Shown piece by piece: positions 25,783 through 37,990 of a stretch of DNA of 64,000 bases. Within the stretch, counting starts at the first letter, position 1. The number at the start of each line of letters is the position of its first letter. The position numbers were made by a program, and so were the translations under genes. A model generated the notes under the pieces. That model saw only the letters and a program-made list of their open reading frames with translations. It did not search any database and was not told where the DNA came from. The stretch covers positions 141,174,001-141,238,000 of the forward strand of contig OZ024740.1 of the NCBI GenBank assembly GCA_964016885.1, written 5' to 3'. The stretch is from Eledone cirrhosa (Eukaryota).

Positions 25783-26105
25783 GTTATTTATGTATATAAC
25801 TAAAACATATTTGTTATATACATATATATGTCTCGCGAGAAATGTTTTAAGCTGTGATCTCTAATGAATTCAAGTTACTGTTGATGGATACATATTTTGA
25901 AACACTGGTGTCCGATGTTCTCACGGGACAACTGAAATAGCTGTCACATGATCACCATTAAAATCATTCTTAGCGAGACCTGTATATATTTAGTGTACTT
26001 GAAAATGTTGTATATTCTCAAATATGCGTCGCTGTTATGAATCCTGTTCTGTTTGTGTTACACATAAGCAATGTGCAGCTTAAATGCGAGCCCAAAGCAA
26101 CGTGA

Positions 26106-26176
26106 GCATCGGTGGTTCAGTGGAAAAATGCTCGCCTGCCACACAGGCGACCCGGGTTCGATTCCCGGCCGATGCA
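26106..26176 (+). pseudogene. tRNA-Gly(GCC) copy with anticodon-stem mutations
   Basis: ..CTGCCACACAGGCGACCC.. breaks anticodon-stem pairing. Confidence 0.8.
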
Positions 26177-26344
26177 TGTTATATATTATTTTTATTATTT
26201 TAGATAGATTATTACTGTTTGGCCTCAAATTAGTTGTTATAATCTGTTTGTTTTTGTTGTTTTTTATCTTTAATTTTCTGTTGGGTTAGCGAGAAATATA
26301 TCCTTCTGAAAAGTAAAAATACAAAAGGAAAAAAAGTTATAATA

Positions 26345-26415
26345 TGCATCTGCCGGGAATCGAACCCGGGACACCAGCGTGGCAAGCGAGCATTCTACCA
26401 CTGAACCACCATTGC
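26345..26415 (-). pseudogene. tRNA-Gly pseudogene (inverted)
   Basis: Reverse complement aligns over the full length with about 7 substitutions. Confidence 0.85.
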
Positions 26416-26469
26416 TTACCCTCCGTTATCCTCAGATACAGCCTGTAATTTGTTTTAAAATAAATTCCC

Positions 26470-26880
26470 CCATTTTGTAGAACCCGAAAAGGCCTACGAC
26501 CACGTTCCAAGGAAAGGTTTGCAGGAGTATGGGATCAAAGGACAACTTTTCCTTGCCTGTGCGAATGCCCGAGTAATTTGTGATCGGATAAATGGTACTA
26601 AATTGAAACCATTCAATATGCGATTCAGACTCCGCCAAGAGTGCGTACTCTCACATGTCCTGTTCATAATCTTCATGAATAAGATTGACATGCTCAGCTG
26701 GGCTGGAAGTGATATCATGACAGGCAGCTGTAGGATCAGTCGGCTGGAATATGCAGATGACGTGGTGTTATTTAACTCATCAGAAGGGGAACTCTGACAT
26801 GCACTTGATAGGTTTGATGCCGAGGGTTGCACATCTGCCATGACTGGCACAGTCGTCCCCGCTAACCTAACGGAAAATCA
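26470..26880 (+). mobile_element. RTE RT fragment (inverted array unit)
   Basis: EKAYDHVPR..LRQECVLSHVLFIIFMNKI..LEYADDVVLF. Confidence 0.82.
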
Positions 26881-27008
26881 GAGATAAAAAAACCCAATAA
26901 ACAAACAGATGATCACAACAGAAATGCCTATCAAATCTATTCATTCATATGTAAATTGAGGTCAAACAGTAATAATCGATCTAAAATAATAAAAAGTAAA
27001 ATACAACA

Positions 27009-27079
27009 TGCATCGGCCGGAAATCGATTCCGGGCCTTCCGCATGGTAAACGAGCATTCTACCACTAAACCACTGATAC
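27009..27079 (-). pseudogene. tRNA-Gly pseudogene (inverted)
   Basis: Degenerate reverse-complement match. Confidence 0.8.
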
Positions 27080-27736
27080 ACAGTAGTAAAGTGTTTGTAT
27101 TAAACTAACACAATAATCATAAGCGTGTGTAATTTTTATAATGTGTTAAACAACTAGGATTGTAAATTGTGTAATTTACACTCCAATTAGTCAACGATGA
27201 TTCATTTGGAATTAAACACTCAACGACATGTACCAATCCAAATTTGGTTTGGTAGACAAAGGCGGAATATATGGACAGTAAATACTTGTCTTCACAATTA
27301 TTTACCGTATACACACACAATTATTTACCGTATACACACACACATATATATATATATATATATTTATTTATATATATATATGTAGTATGGTTGCTAGGAT
27401 GCGTCCATAGGCGGTATGCCGGTTGAGTACTCTATGCTCCTTCGGAGCAGAGTATGATAATATGGAATAATGTAAAGGATATTCTCAAAACATATATAAA
27501 GAATATATTAAAAAAGGTGCCGCGCAAACAGGATGATGGCAGATGAAAAACGTTGAAAGTGGGAGTCCAGCAGAAAGAGAATTTGCTTCGAAATCACTAG
27601 ACGTATCTGAGGAACTTGCGAATCCAGTCAGGTTCGATCCACAAACAGATCGCACATCGAGCTGTTCGCCGGAGAAACAATTGTAATACGTAATAAATTG
27701 TGTTCCGATGCATCACTGATTCTTAGTTTTCCACAT

Positions 27737-27884
<148 letters not shown>

Positions 27885-28733
27885 CATTCATAAGATACCA
27901 TCTGGGCTTTCCTTGTGATTTCTTTTGAATGAAATAGTTCTAGTCCTGTAGAAGCCATTTCTATACTAAATATGATGTTTTCACTATACTAATGTATTGA
28001 GTACCTTACTAACACATAGACAAAACGAACTTCTGCAGATTCTATCTACCAAATTTCAGTTGCACTGCATTGGTCAACCCGCGTCTGTAGTATAAGACAC
28101 TTGATGTATGGGGCAGCGTGCGGCGGTATGACGAGACCCGTAAATATATAAAAATAGGATAACTGCTGAAACACCTCCGATAAATGTCTGCTCTCTCAAA
28201 TTTCTCCAGGACTAAATTACAATTTAAAAGAGAAAAAATATAACACCACGCACAGACAATAGATAATGTTATAAATGCAGGTGGTACTCTTGAGTCAAAC
28301 ATGGCCTGGGCCAATACTGGCCGAACCTATCAAAGTTATCTAAGTTATTAATGTATCTGGCGGAAATCAAACGTGGGGCGCCCGATGACAGGCGAGTGTT
28401 CTACCAAGGAAACACGAATTCTTACTCCATACACTGTTATATTTAACAAACAAATTACTTTTTTTTTCCTCGACAAAATCCAGCTGGAACCTCTCTCCTT
28501 TTCCTCTATTTTCAAACTTATATCTAAACGCTTTCTTCATTGATAACATTTAAACTTTTTGTGAAACTAATTCTTCATTTCTTGAATTCTGAAAGTAAGG
28601 TAAAGACATTATTTATTCACCGATGTTTTGCGAAATAAATTGTTATTGGTTTCTATATTTGGAATAGTTTAGATTGGAGGTTGAACAATAACAAACAGAA
28701 AAGTAAAAGTACAAAAAGAAGAGGTATATTTTG

Positions 28734-28804
28734 TGCATCGGCCGGGAATCGAAACCGGGACGCCCGCGTGGCAGGCGAGCATTCTACCACTAAACCACCG
28801 ATGC
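28734..28804 (-). tRNA. trnG-GCC: tRNA-Gly(GCC), three substitutions, function doubtful
   Basis: GCATCGGTGGTTTAGTGGTAGAATGCTCGCCTGCCACGCGGGCGTCCCGGTTTCGATTCCCGGCCGATGCA; the B-box G is changed. Confidence 0.55.
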
Positions 28805-29261
28805 GGACACTTCGTTAATCTCATATATAGCATGTAATGTATTTTAAAATAAATTCCGCCATACGACCTTGTTCTAAGGGACGCGCTGTGGAAGGTTCTG
28901 AAGGAGTGTGAGATCGATGGACAGTTTTTCCGTGCCCTGATGCGAATGACCGAGTATGTGTTCAGATAAATGGTACTAAATCGAAACCATTCAATATGTG
29001 AGTCGGACTCTGCCAAGGGTGCATACTCTCACATCTGTTCATAATCTCCATGAATAAGATTGACATGCTCAGCTGGGTTGGAAGTGATATCATGACTGGC
29101 AGGTGTAGGATCAGTGGAATATGCAGACGAAATGGTTTTATTTAACTCATCAGTTAAACGGAAAATCAGAGGTAAAAAAACAACAAAAACAAACAGATAA
29201 TAACGACTAAGTTGAGGGCAAACAGTAATAATCTATATAAAACAAAAAAAAGACACATACA

Positions 29262-29331
29262 TGCATGTGCCGGGAAACAAACCCGGGCCGCCCGCGTGGA
29301 GGTGAGCATTCTTCCACTAAACCACCGATGT
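29262..29331 (-). pseudogene. tRNA-Gly pseudogene (inverted)
   Basis: Degenerate reverse-complement match. Confidence 0.8.
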
Positions 29332-29632
29332 TCACGGCGTGTGGGTTCACATTTAAATAGTACAATGCTTATGTGTGTGTTATGTGTAACACAAACAGAA
29401 CAGGATTCATAATAGAGATGCATATTAGAGAGTATATGACATTTTCAAGTACAAAAAAACATATACAAGTCTCGCTAAGAATGTTTTCAGCCGTGATGAT
29501 GTCACAACTATTTCAGTTGTCCCATGAGAACATCAGACACCAGTGTTTCAAAATATTTATCCATCATCAGTGAACTATTCCAAATCTAAAAACCAATAAT
29601 AACTTTATTTTGCAAAACCTCGTCGAATAAAT

Positions 29633-29790
29633 AATTGGTCTACTTTTGGCAAAAGGCCAGCAATTATCCCAGTGTATTACTGGTACTTTATTTTATCGAC
29701 CCCGTAAGGATGAAAGGCAAAGTTAACCTCGACGGGATTTGAACTCAGACCATAAAGGGGCGTAACTCTATACAGTAAAGTATAGAGTTA
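29633..29790 (-). mobile_element. SINE (same family), 5'-truncated
   Basis: aaggatgaaaggcaaagttaacctcgacgggatttgaactcag. Confidence 0.85.
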
Positions 29791-29794
29791 CAAA

Positions 29795-30283
29795 ATTTGA
29801 AATTTCTTTTGCTCAATACACTCACAGGACCATAAGTATTACATGTGTAAAGTTTGAAAACAATCGGTTGGATGGTTCTCGAGTTTTAGGGAGTCAGACA
29901 GACATTCTCTGTTTTAGATATATAGATATGAAAATGGCATGTAATGCCCAATGCTAATTCGTAAATTTCCTAGAAACCATTAATGGAATCGGAAATTCTT
30001 TTTGTCCACAGCAATGCGAGGGGACTAACTAATGTGTGCTGCAAATTTCGAGGAAATCGGCTGGATTATCTTTAAGTTACACCTCAAAAAAGCCTTAAAA
30101 TGCGGTTTTTCGCCTAATGCAGGCCCTAGGGCAGAAAAAGTTAAACCCATTGAGTTTTAGCCCATTGCACTTCAAGAAATATAAGTGACGCAGGTGTAAA
30201 GTTTGAAATAAATCGGTCGGGTACTTCTCGAGTTTTAGGGATTTACACAGACAGACAGACATCCTCTGTTTTATATATATATA
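29795..30283 (-). mobile_element. Non-autonomous Helitron-like pieces (two 5' ends)
   Basis: Minus strand TCTATATATCTAAAAC..GTCTGTCTG..CCCTAAAACTCGAGAA..ACCGATT..CAAACTTTACAC near 29926, and again near 30283. Confidence 0.6.
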
Positions 30284-30289
30284 CACACC

Positions 30290-30797
30290 GTTACGCAATG
30301 AAACATTCCCAGCATCGTTATGTAACTACCCTTGCAAACAAGACCTGGCAACTGAGGGAAAGTAACCATCAATACACCCTGAAGTGGAAAAAATTATCGA
30401 ACGCGCCCCCATATCGGAGTGGTATGAGAAGCTGTCGATTATGCGACCTTGAGCTGTTCCACATCTTGAGTTCGAAGAATAAATTACTCAACAATAAAAT
30501 CGAAAGATCAATTTATTGTAACCATAGACTCAAAGAGAAGTTTTCGCACTACAAATCGAACCCTTAACCTCTTACTACCAACTGACAAACTGCATATACT
30601 TAGGCTTTATACCCTCTTGTTGTATCTAAACCCTTTTAATTACCCACAAAACCAATACATATATCCCCCTCTTCTCCCTCATTCCTCTTCTATTTCTTCG
30701 TTTTCTTCCTTCCTTCCCTCCCCTTCTTGGCTATCTTTTCTTTTCTTCTTTCTCACCCCTTCTTTGCTTTTATCTTTGTCATTATTATCTTTATCTT

Positions 30798-30857
<60 letters not shown>

Positions 30858-31320
30858 CTCTTTATATCTCCCCCCCCCCTCTCTCTCTCCCTCTCTATCC
30901 ATCCCTCCCACTATGATCAATTTAATTCTCTTTAACTCACTACATTCCACGACCTGAAGTCTGCTATCAAAACTGACCAAGGAATCCTTCCACCTCTACC
31001 CCTCCCTCCATCTCAGTTTGTCACTCTACTTCCTACCTCTTCCCCCTTCCTCTCTCTCTATACTATTCCGTTTGTCCCCTCACCTTCTGATTCCTCTCTC
31101 TCTATACTAGTAAATACAATTCCAAATAAATGTTTTTCTCTATATATTAAAAATTATTTCAAGAGTAACTTACTCACTATTTTGAAAAATTGGACTGTGA
31201 ACAACAATTATAATTGAGTGGCTGCTATTTGCAGTATAGCAATATAAGGTTGCACTTACCAATGAAACGGTCGTAAATACCTGGATAAAATCCTTCTCTT
31301 AATGCTTACCTGTGTTTTCT
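30290..31320 (+). mobile_element. Penelope-like element 3' fragment (GIY-YIG C-terminus and UTR)
   Basis: TTLANKTWQLRE..LKWKKL..PYRSGMRSCRLCDLELFHI..LLNNKIE..CNH. Confidence 0.75.
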
Positions 31321-31329
31321 CTTTTATAC

Positions 31330-31726
31330 TAATGCGCCTTATACGATAGAAATGCGCCGTATACGATAGACTCGGTTAGACCAATGCATTGTAATTGAAA
31401 TTTGGTAGATAGAATCTTCAGAAGTTCGTTTTGTCTGTGTATTAGTAAGGTACTCAATACATTAGTAGAGTGTAAACATCATGTTTAGTATAGAAATGGC
31501 TTCTAGATGACTAGAACTATTTCATTCAAAAGAAATCATCAGGAAAGCCCAGATGGTTTCTTTTCAATGAAACATTTCTAGTCCTGTAGAAACATGATGC
31601 TTACACTCTACTAATGTATTGAGTACCTTACTAACACACAGACAAATCGAACTTCTGAAGATTCTATCTACCAAATTTCAATTACAATGCATTGGTCTAA
31701 CCGAGTCTATCGTATAAGGCGCATTA
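31330..31726. repeat. Foldback inverted duplication of array spacer DNA
   Basis: 31351-31486 is the reverse complement of ~31590-31725; 20-bp tandem duplication at 31331-31370. Confidence 0.9.
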
Positions 31727-32175
31727 TGTATGGGACAACGTGCGACAGTATGATGAAACCCGTAAATATATAAAAATAGGATAACTGCTGGAACACCTCC
31801 AATAAATGTCTGCTTTCTCAAATTTCTGCAGGACTAAATTACAATTTAAAAAAGAAAAAATATAAAACCACGCAGAGACAATAGATAATATTATAAATGC
31901 CTCTGGCGGGAATCTAACGAGGGACGCCTGATGTCAGGCGAGCATTCTACCAAGGAAACACCAATTCTCACACCATGCACTGTTGTATTTAACAAACAAA
32001 TTATTTTTTTTCCTCGACAAGATCCAGCTGGAAGCTCTCTCCTTTTCTTCAACTTTCAAACTTATATTTAAATGCTTTCTTCATTGATAATATTTCAACT
32101 TTTTGTGAAACTAAGTCTTCATTTCTGTCCCACCATCAATGAAAGTAAGGTAAAGACATTATTTATTCACCGATG

Positions 32176-32347
32176 GGCGGTGGATTGGCAGTATCGGTAG
32201 AGTGTCGGACGCCATGCTTTCCAGCATAGTTACGTCCCTTTACGATCTGAGTTCAAATCCCGCCGAGGTTGACTTTGCCTTTTATCCTTACGTAGTCGAT
32301 AAAATAAAGTACCAGTAATTGCTGGCCTTGTGCCTAAAGTAGAAACA
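32176..32347 (+). mobile_element. tRNA-derived SINE with 18-bp TSD
   Basis: TSD attatttattcaccgatg at 32158-75 and 32348-65; empty paralogous site at 28608-28625. Confidence 0.92.
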
Positions 32348-32457
32348 ATTATTTATTCACCGATGTTTTGCTAAATAAAGTTATTTTTAGATTTGGAATA
32401 GTTTACACTGGAGGCTGAAGAATAACAATCAGGAAAGTAAAAATAAAGGCTGTCTTG

Positions 32458-32528
32458 TGCATCGGGCGGGAACCGAACCCGGGTCTCCCGCGTGGCAGGC
32501 GAGCGCTCTACTACTGAAACACCAATGC
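32458..32528 (-). pseudogene. tRNA-Gly pseudogene (inverted)
   Basis: Degenerate full-length match. Confidence 0.82.
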
Positions 32529-32574
32529 TTCCTCAGCTATAGCATGTAATGGATTTTAAAATAAATTCCTCTTT

Positions 32575-32960
32575 TGTAGACCTCGAAAAGGCCTACGACC
32601 ACGTTTCAAAGAAAGATTTACAGGAGTATGGGATCAATAGAGAACTTTTCATTGTCCTGATGCCTCTATGCTAATGCCCGAGTAATTTGTATTCGGAAAA
32701 TGGTGCCAAATCGAAAGCATTTAATATGCGATTCAGACTCCACCAAGGGTGCGAACTCTCACCTCTCCTGTTCATAATCTTCATGAATAAGATTGACATG
32801 CTCAGCTGAGTTGGAAGTGATATCATGACAGTCAGGTGTAGGATCAGTCGGCTGGAATATGCAGACGAAATGGTTTTATTTAACTCATTAGAAGTGGAAC
32901 TCTGGCATGCGCTTGATAGGTTTGATGCCGAGTGTTGCACGTGCCATGACTGACACAGTC
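32575..32960 (+). mobile_element. RTE RT fragment
   Basis: VDLEKAYDHV..LHQGCELSPLLFIIFMNKI..LEYADE. Confidence 0.82.
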
Positions 32961-33239
32961 GGCCTAAAAATGTTTTAAGCTGTGATCTCTAATGAATTCA
33001 AGTTACTGATGATGGATAAATATTTTGAAACACTGGTGTCTGATGTTCTCACGGGACAACTGAAATAGCTGTCACATGATCACCACTGAAAACATTCGTA
33101 GTGAGACTTGTGTATTTTTTGTACTTGAAAATGTCGTATACTCTCTAATATGCATCTCTATTATGAATCATGTTCTGTTTGTGTTACACATAACACACAC
33201 ATAAGCATTGTACTATTTAAATGCAATCCAAACGTTACA

Positions 33240-33310
33240 ATCGTCGATGGTTCAGTGGACGAATGCTCTCTGCCACGCGGGCGGCCCGGGTTCGATTCCT
33301 GCCCGATACA
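33240..33310 (+). pseudogene. tRNA-Gly pseudogene
   Basis: gatggttcagtggacgaatgctctctgccacgcgggcggcccgggttcgattcc. Confidence 0.8.
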
Positions 33311-33747
33311 TGTTATTTTTTTCTTTATTTTAGATAGTTTAGCCTCAATTTAGATGTTATGTTTGTTTTTGTTATTTTTTATCTCTGATTTTCCGTTTAA
33401 CTGATGAGTTAAATAAAACCATTTCGTCTGCTTAGTCATGATATCACTTTCAACTCAGCTGAGCATGTCAATCTTATTCCTGAGTGTTATGAACAGGAGA
33501 GGTGAGAGTACGCACCCTTGGCGGAGTCTGAATCGCATATTGAATAATTTTGATATAGCACCATTTATCCGAACACAAATTACTTGGGCATTCGCATAAG
33601 GGCATTAAGGCGAGGACAATTTGTCCATTGATCCCATACTCCTGTAAACATTCCCTTGGAACGTGGTCGTAGGCCTTTTCGAGGTCTACAAAGAAGGAAT
33701 TTATTTTAAAATACATTACATTCTATATAGAGGCTAGCAGAACGTAA

Positions 33748-33806
33748 GCATCGGTGGTTCAGTGGTAGAATGCTGGGCTGCCCTGGGTCGATTCTCTGCC
33801 GATCCA
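33748..33806 (+). pseudogene. tRNA-Gly pseudogene with internal deletion
   Basis: gcatcggtggttcagtggtagaatgct followed by a collapsed anticodon arm. Confidence 0.8.
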
Positions 33807-33919
33807 CAACAAAACCTTTATTTTTACTTTTCTGATTGTTATTGTTCGCCTCCAGTCTAAACTATTCCAAATCTAAAAACCAGTAACAACTTTATTTAGC
33901 AAAACAGTGGTGAATAAAT

Positions 33920-34093
33920 AATTGTTTCTATTTTTGGCACAAGGCCAGCAATTATCCCAGTTTATACTGGTATTTTATCGACCCCGTAATGATTAAAGGC
34001 AAAATTAACCTCGGCGGGATTTGAACTCAGACCATAAAGGGGCGTAACTCAATACTGCAAAGCATGGCGTCCGACCTTCTACCGATACTGCCA
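33920..34093 (-). mobile_element. SINE (same family)
   Basis: Reverse complement of the 25598 element, inserted at the site paralogous to the 29633 copy. Confidence 0.87.
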
Positions 34094-35101
34094 TGGTTGC
34101 TGGAACAGAATTCGAGAAATGAAGAATTAGTTTCACAATAAGTTGAAATATTATCAATGAAGAAAGCATTTAAATATAAGTTTGAAAGCAGAGGAAGAGG
34201 AGAGAGGTTCCAGCTGGATCTTGTCGAGGAAAAAATGTAATTTGTCTGTTAAATACAACAGTGCATGGTGTGAGAATTGGTGTTTCCTTGGTAGAATGCC
34301 CGCCTGTCATCGGGCGTCCCTCGTTTTATTCCCGCCAGATGCATTTATAACATTCTTTTTTAAATTGTAATTTAGTCGTGGAGAAATTTGAGCAGACATT
34401 TACCGGAGGTGTTCCAGCATTCATATAGAGACATCAGGGTAAGGAAAGTTGTCCATCGATCCCATATTCCTTCAGAACGGAGAGGTGAGAGTACGCACCC
34501 TTGGCGGAGTCTGAATCGCATATTGAATAATTTCGATATAGCACCATTTATCCGAACACAAATTACTTGGGCATTCGCATAAGGGCATTCTCGCGGCACA
34601 ATTGAGATAGCTGTGACATGATCACGATTGAAAACCTTCTTTGCGAGACTTGTATTTGTTTGGGGGGCGTTTCGGAACTCCAGGAGGGGCATTTGGGAGC
34701 AAGGTCGCGTTAGTGGGGGGGGGGAGCTTTGGGGGCGCCGGAAGGCTCTTTACTTTGGTAAGTTTTATAAGCCATATTTGTATGTCTTTGAGACAGCCAG
34801 TGTGAATGCATTTGAATGAGCATGCAGACAGCATAACTATAGTCTGACCGTAGCTGTGAGCAGGTGTGCAGGCATGTCTAGACATTAACCGGCAATTGGG
34901 ATCCTAAAAATGGAAAAACCCACAGTCAACTGGGTCAAGGACACTTTGAGAGCAGCCAGTTAGAATCTTATCTTTCCTTCACCGATAACAATGTATTTCA
35001 TGTGTGAAATTATTGACTCAACCGTAACGAGTTGACACTATGTAGATCTATTTTATTCCCTATTGTATAAATAATATTACAAATAAAAAAAGAAAAGAAA
35101 A

Positions 35102-35428
35102 AACACAGAAGCGGGTAACACACACATCTAGGACCACATGCAACACATAATCAGGTAATACAAACATCTAGGACCACATACAACACACAGGCAGGTAATA
35201 CATACATCTAGGACCACATACAACACAGAAGCAGGTAATACAAACATCTAGGACCACATACAACACATAATCAGGTAATAGAAACATCTAGGACCACATA
35301 CAACACATAATCAGGTAATACATACATCTAGGACCACATACAACACACAAGCAGGTAATACATACAGCTGGGACCACATGCAATACATAAGCAGGTAATA
35401 CATACATCTAGGACTACATACAACACAC
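35102..35428. repeat. 40-bp minisatellite, ~8 copies
   Basis: caggtaatacatacatctaggaccacatacaacacataa(g/t). Confidence 0.95.
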
Positions 35429-35429
35429 A

Positions 35430-36460
35430 TTGTATCATGTGCTATGGACGACGCAAGAGCAATGGTCGGCCAACATAAGGGTTTCGTCACTCTTCTGAAG
35501 AGAGAAAATCTATCTGTATTTGCTGTTCATTGTGTCATTCATCGACAACACTTGGCTGCGAAGAAACTCAGCAAGCCGCTGAGCAAGTCCTTGCAGGTGG
35601 CCATTGATGTCATCAATTTTATCAAACGGCATTCCCTCAATGAACGAATTTTCCGGCAGCTATGTCAAGATAATGATGAAGAATTCATCAAGTTGCTCCT
35701 TCATACTGAATTGAGCTGGCTTTCAAAGGGCAAGTGCCTTACTCACTTCTTTGAACTCTTCGACTCTCTTATTGAGTTTCTGCGAGGACGCAAGGCAGAA
35801 CTGTACAAGAAAACCCCTACCTCACCGACATCTTCGACAAATGCAATAGCGTCATTTTGGCTTTGCAGGGGAAGAAGATCACCTTGCTTAAAGCAAGGAA
35901 TGCTGTGAAAACATTCCTGGCCAAATTGAATGTCATTGAAAGGAATCTTTGTTGACAGGAGTTCTATAATTTTCCTAGTGTCGCCAATGTTCAAAACATT
36001 GTAAGCAATGACCAACTCTAAATTTATACCACTCACCTCAGTGCACTACAAGACAACATGAGAGAATGGTTTGTCAACCTTTTGCCGATGGACATTCCAA
36101 TGTGGATAGCAGATCACTTCATAGCTAACGTCGACAATTTGGATGTTAAATTTCAGGAATAATTCATTGAACTTCAATCAGATGATATGATCAAAATTAG
36201 ATTTCCTCAAATAGGTGAACCCGTTTTTGGGATGCAAGAGGAAATTCAGCGTCGATTTCCACATCTACATGCAGAGGCTAAGAGATTTGCTCTGCCTTTT
36301 CCAAGCTCATACTTAGTCGAGAGGTGCTTTGATGCTGTTTCCAGACTGCACAGTAAGTCTCGCAACCGCTACAGGTGGATATCTCTGGCTACATCTTAGG
36401 AAAATTCAGCCTCGTGTCAAAGAGTTAGCTAGACTCCATGAAGCTCAAGGGTCCCATTGA
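35430..36460 (+). pseudogene. hAT transposase C-terminal part (ZBED5/SCAND3/Buster-like)
   Basis: DDARAMVG..HCVIHRQHLA (CxxH)..LLLHTELSWLSKG..LPFPSSYLVERCF, with frameshifts and stops. Confidence 0.88.
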
Positions 36461-37282
36461 AATGAGGTCAAAGTTAAAGTAAGTTGATTTATCCGAAAAC
36501 TTGGATATGCTATTGTTACAAAGCAAACTAACAATTTTTTAATTTGTAGTTGCAGTCTGACTGGACTGGAAACCATCTACTACAATTCACTTACTCAATT
36601 TTTTGTATATATTTTACCATTTACTAATAAATATACCCTCCCGCGTGGTCGTGAAAACCCTCTTCCCTGGTCTCTAAGCTCACAAAGCAGAGGGGACATC
36701 AATTTAGATATCAACATTTATTCTGTCCGTTTCATTAAAGGGAAAATTGGAAAGCTTTGAAATGATATAATTGCCACTTTCTTCCAGATAAGAGCACTCT
36801 TGGGATAGACAGAATTGCTCTTGTATAAATGTTCAAAATAGCTGGTAATGCCTGGTGGGAATATAACAAATTCAACTGGTCCTTATTCAGAAAAAAGAAC
36901 ATTTATGTTCCTTTTTTTGAAATGTATATATTTCCTTTCAAGGAATGTATTTATACTTTCAGCTGCCTGCAATGGTATCTTTTGAATATTGTTAATTTCT
37001 CAGTAATCTACTAATATCAAAATCAGTAGTATATTGAAAAATGGAAAAGTAGGGTAGGGGGCGTTTTGTGATTTCAAGGGACAAAAGGCGGCGTTTGGCC
37101 TAAATGGGTTGAGAACCTGTGGTTTAGAGTACTTGAAAATGTCGTATATTCTCTAATATACGTCGCTGTTATGAATCATGTTTTGTTTGTGTTACAACAC
37201 AAACATAAGCAATATGTCACTGTTTGTGTTACAACACAAACATAAGCAATATGTCACTTAAATGTAAATGAAAATGTTGTAA

Positions 37283-37353
37283 GCATCGGTGGTTCAGTGG
37301 AAGAATGCTCGCCTGCCACGCGGGCGGCCCGGGTTCGATTCCCGGCCGATGCA
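37283..37353 (+). tRNA. trnG-GCC: tRNA-Gly(GCC), GGA D-loop variant
   Basis: Same sequence as the 4689 copy; T-run terminator. Confidence 0.92.
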
Positions 37354-37927
37354 TGTTGTTTTTTTTATTATTTTATTGTTTGGCTTCAATTTACTTTTGA
37401 AATGAATAGATTTGATGAGAAGCGCTTCTGTTGTTAACGTCTGTTTATTTTTTGTTTGTTTGTTTTTCATCTCTAGTGTTCCGATAGGTTAGTGAGAACG
37501 ACTGTGTCCATCATCGCGGCATTGATTTTCATTGCAGAGATGCAACACTCGGCATCAAATCTATCAAGCGCATATCGGAGATCCTCTCCTGACGAGTTAA
37601 ATAACACCTTGTCGTCTGCATATTCCAGCCGACTGAACCTACACCCTCCAGTCATGATATCACTTTCAAACCAGCTGCTCATGTCAACGTGGAATGTGGT
37701 GGTGGGCCTTTTCGAGGTCTACAAGAAAAGAATTTTATCTTCACTTTTATCCTTTTAAATGAATAAATTATTTTATATAAATTATTTTATATAATCGGAC
37801 ACTAAAAATTATTTTTTAAAGGTTGTTGTTCTTTAGCCTTGAGTCTAAGATACTGCAAATAACTTTATTTCACAAGAAGTCCGTTAATCAGTAATGTGTT
37901 TATTAAATACAGGTGCGTTTTGTGTGG

Positions 37928-37990
37928 GCATCGGTGGTAGAATGCCCGCCTGCCACGCGGGTGGTCCAGGTTACATTCCCTACCGATGCA
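37928..37990 (+). pseudogene. D-arm-deleted tRNA-Gly derivative (also at 39872, 42347, 44822, 47293, 49765, 52237, 54711, 57189, 59667, 62146)
   Basis: gcatcggtggtagaatgcccgcctgccacgcgggtggtccaggttacattccctaccgatgca, once per unit. Confidence 0.9.

Larger units (their letters stand above)
34662..37121 (+). mobile_element. hAT (Buster/Charlie-type) DNA transposon relic, left end deleted
   Basis: Right TIR gggttgagaacctgtg followed by the NNNTANNN target gtttagag (37122-29); only gttt of the left target copy remains at 34658-61. Confidence 0.8.

Noticed and set aside
27383-27720. Unique-looking segment, possibly an exon
   Set aside because: No supported ORF or splice pattern; it lies between TA runs and is probably a TE fragment I cannot classify.
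35102-35428. CRISPR-like regular repeat
   Set aside because: Contiguous 40-bp minisatellite with no spacers.
37283-37740. tRNA plus RTE piece as a new SINE
   Set aside because: The tRNA is followed by its own T-run terminator, the RTE part is internal RT sequence in antisense rather than a 3' tail, there are no TSDs, and copies arise by tandem duplication.
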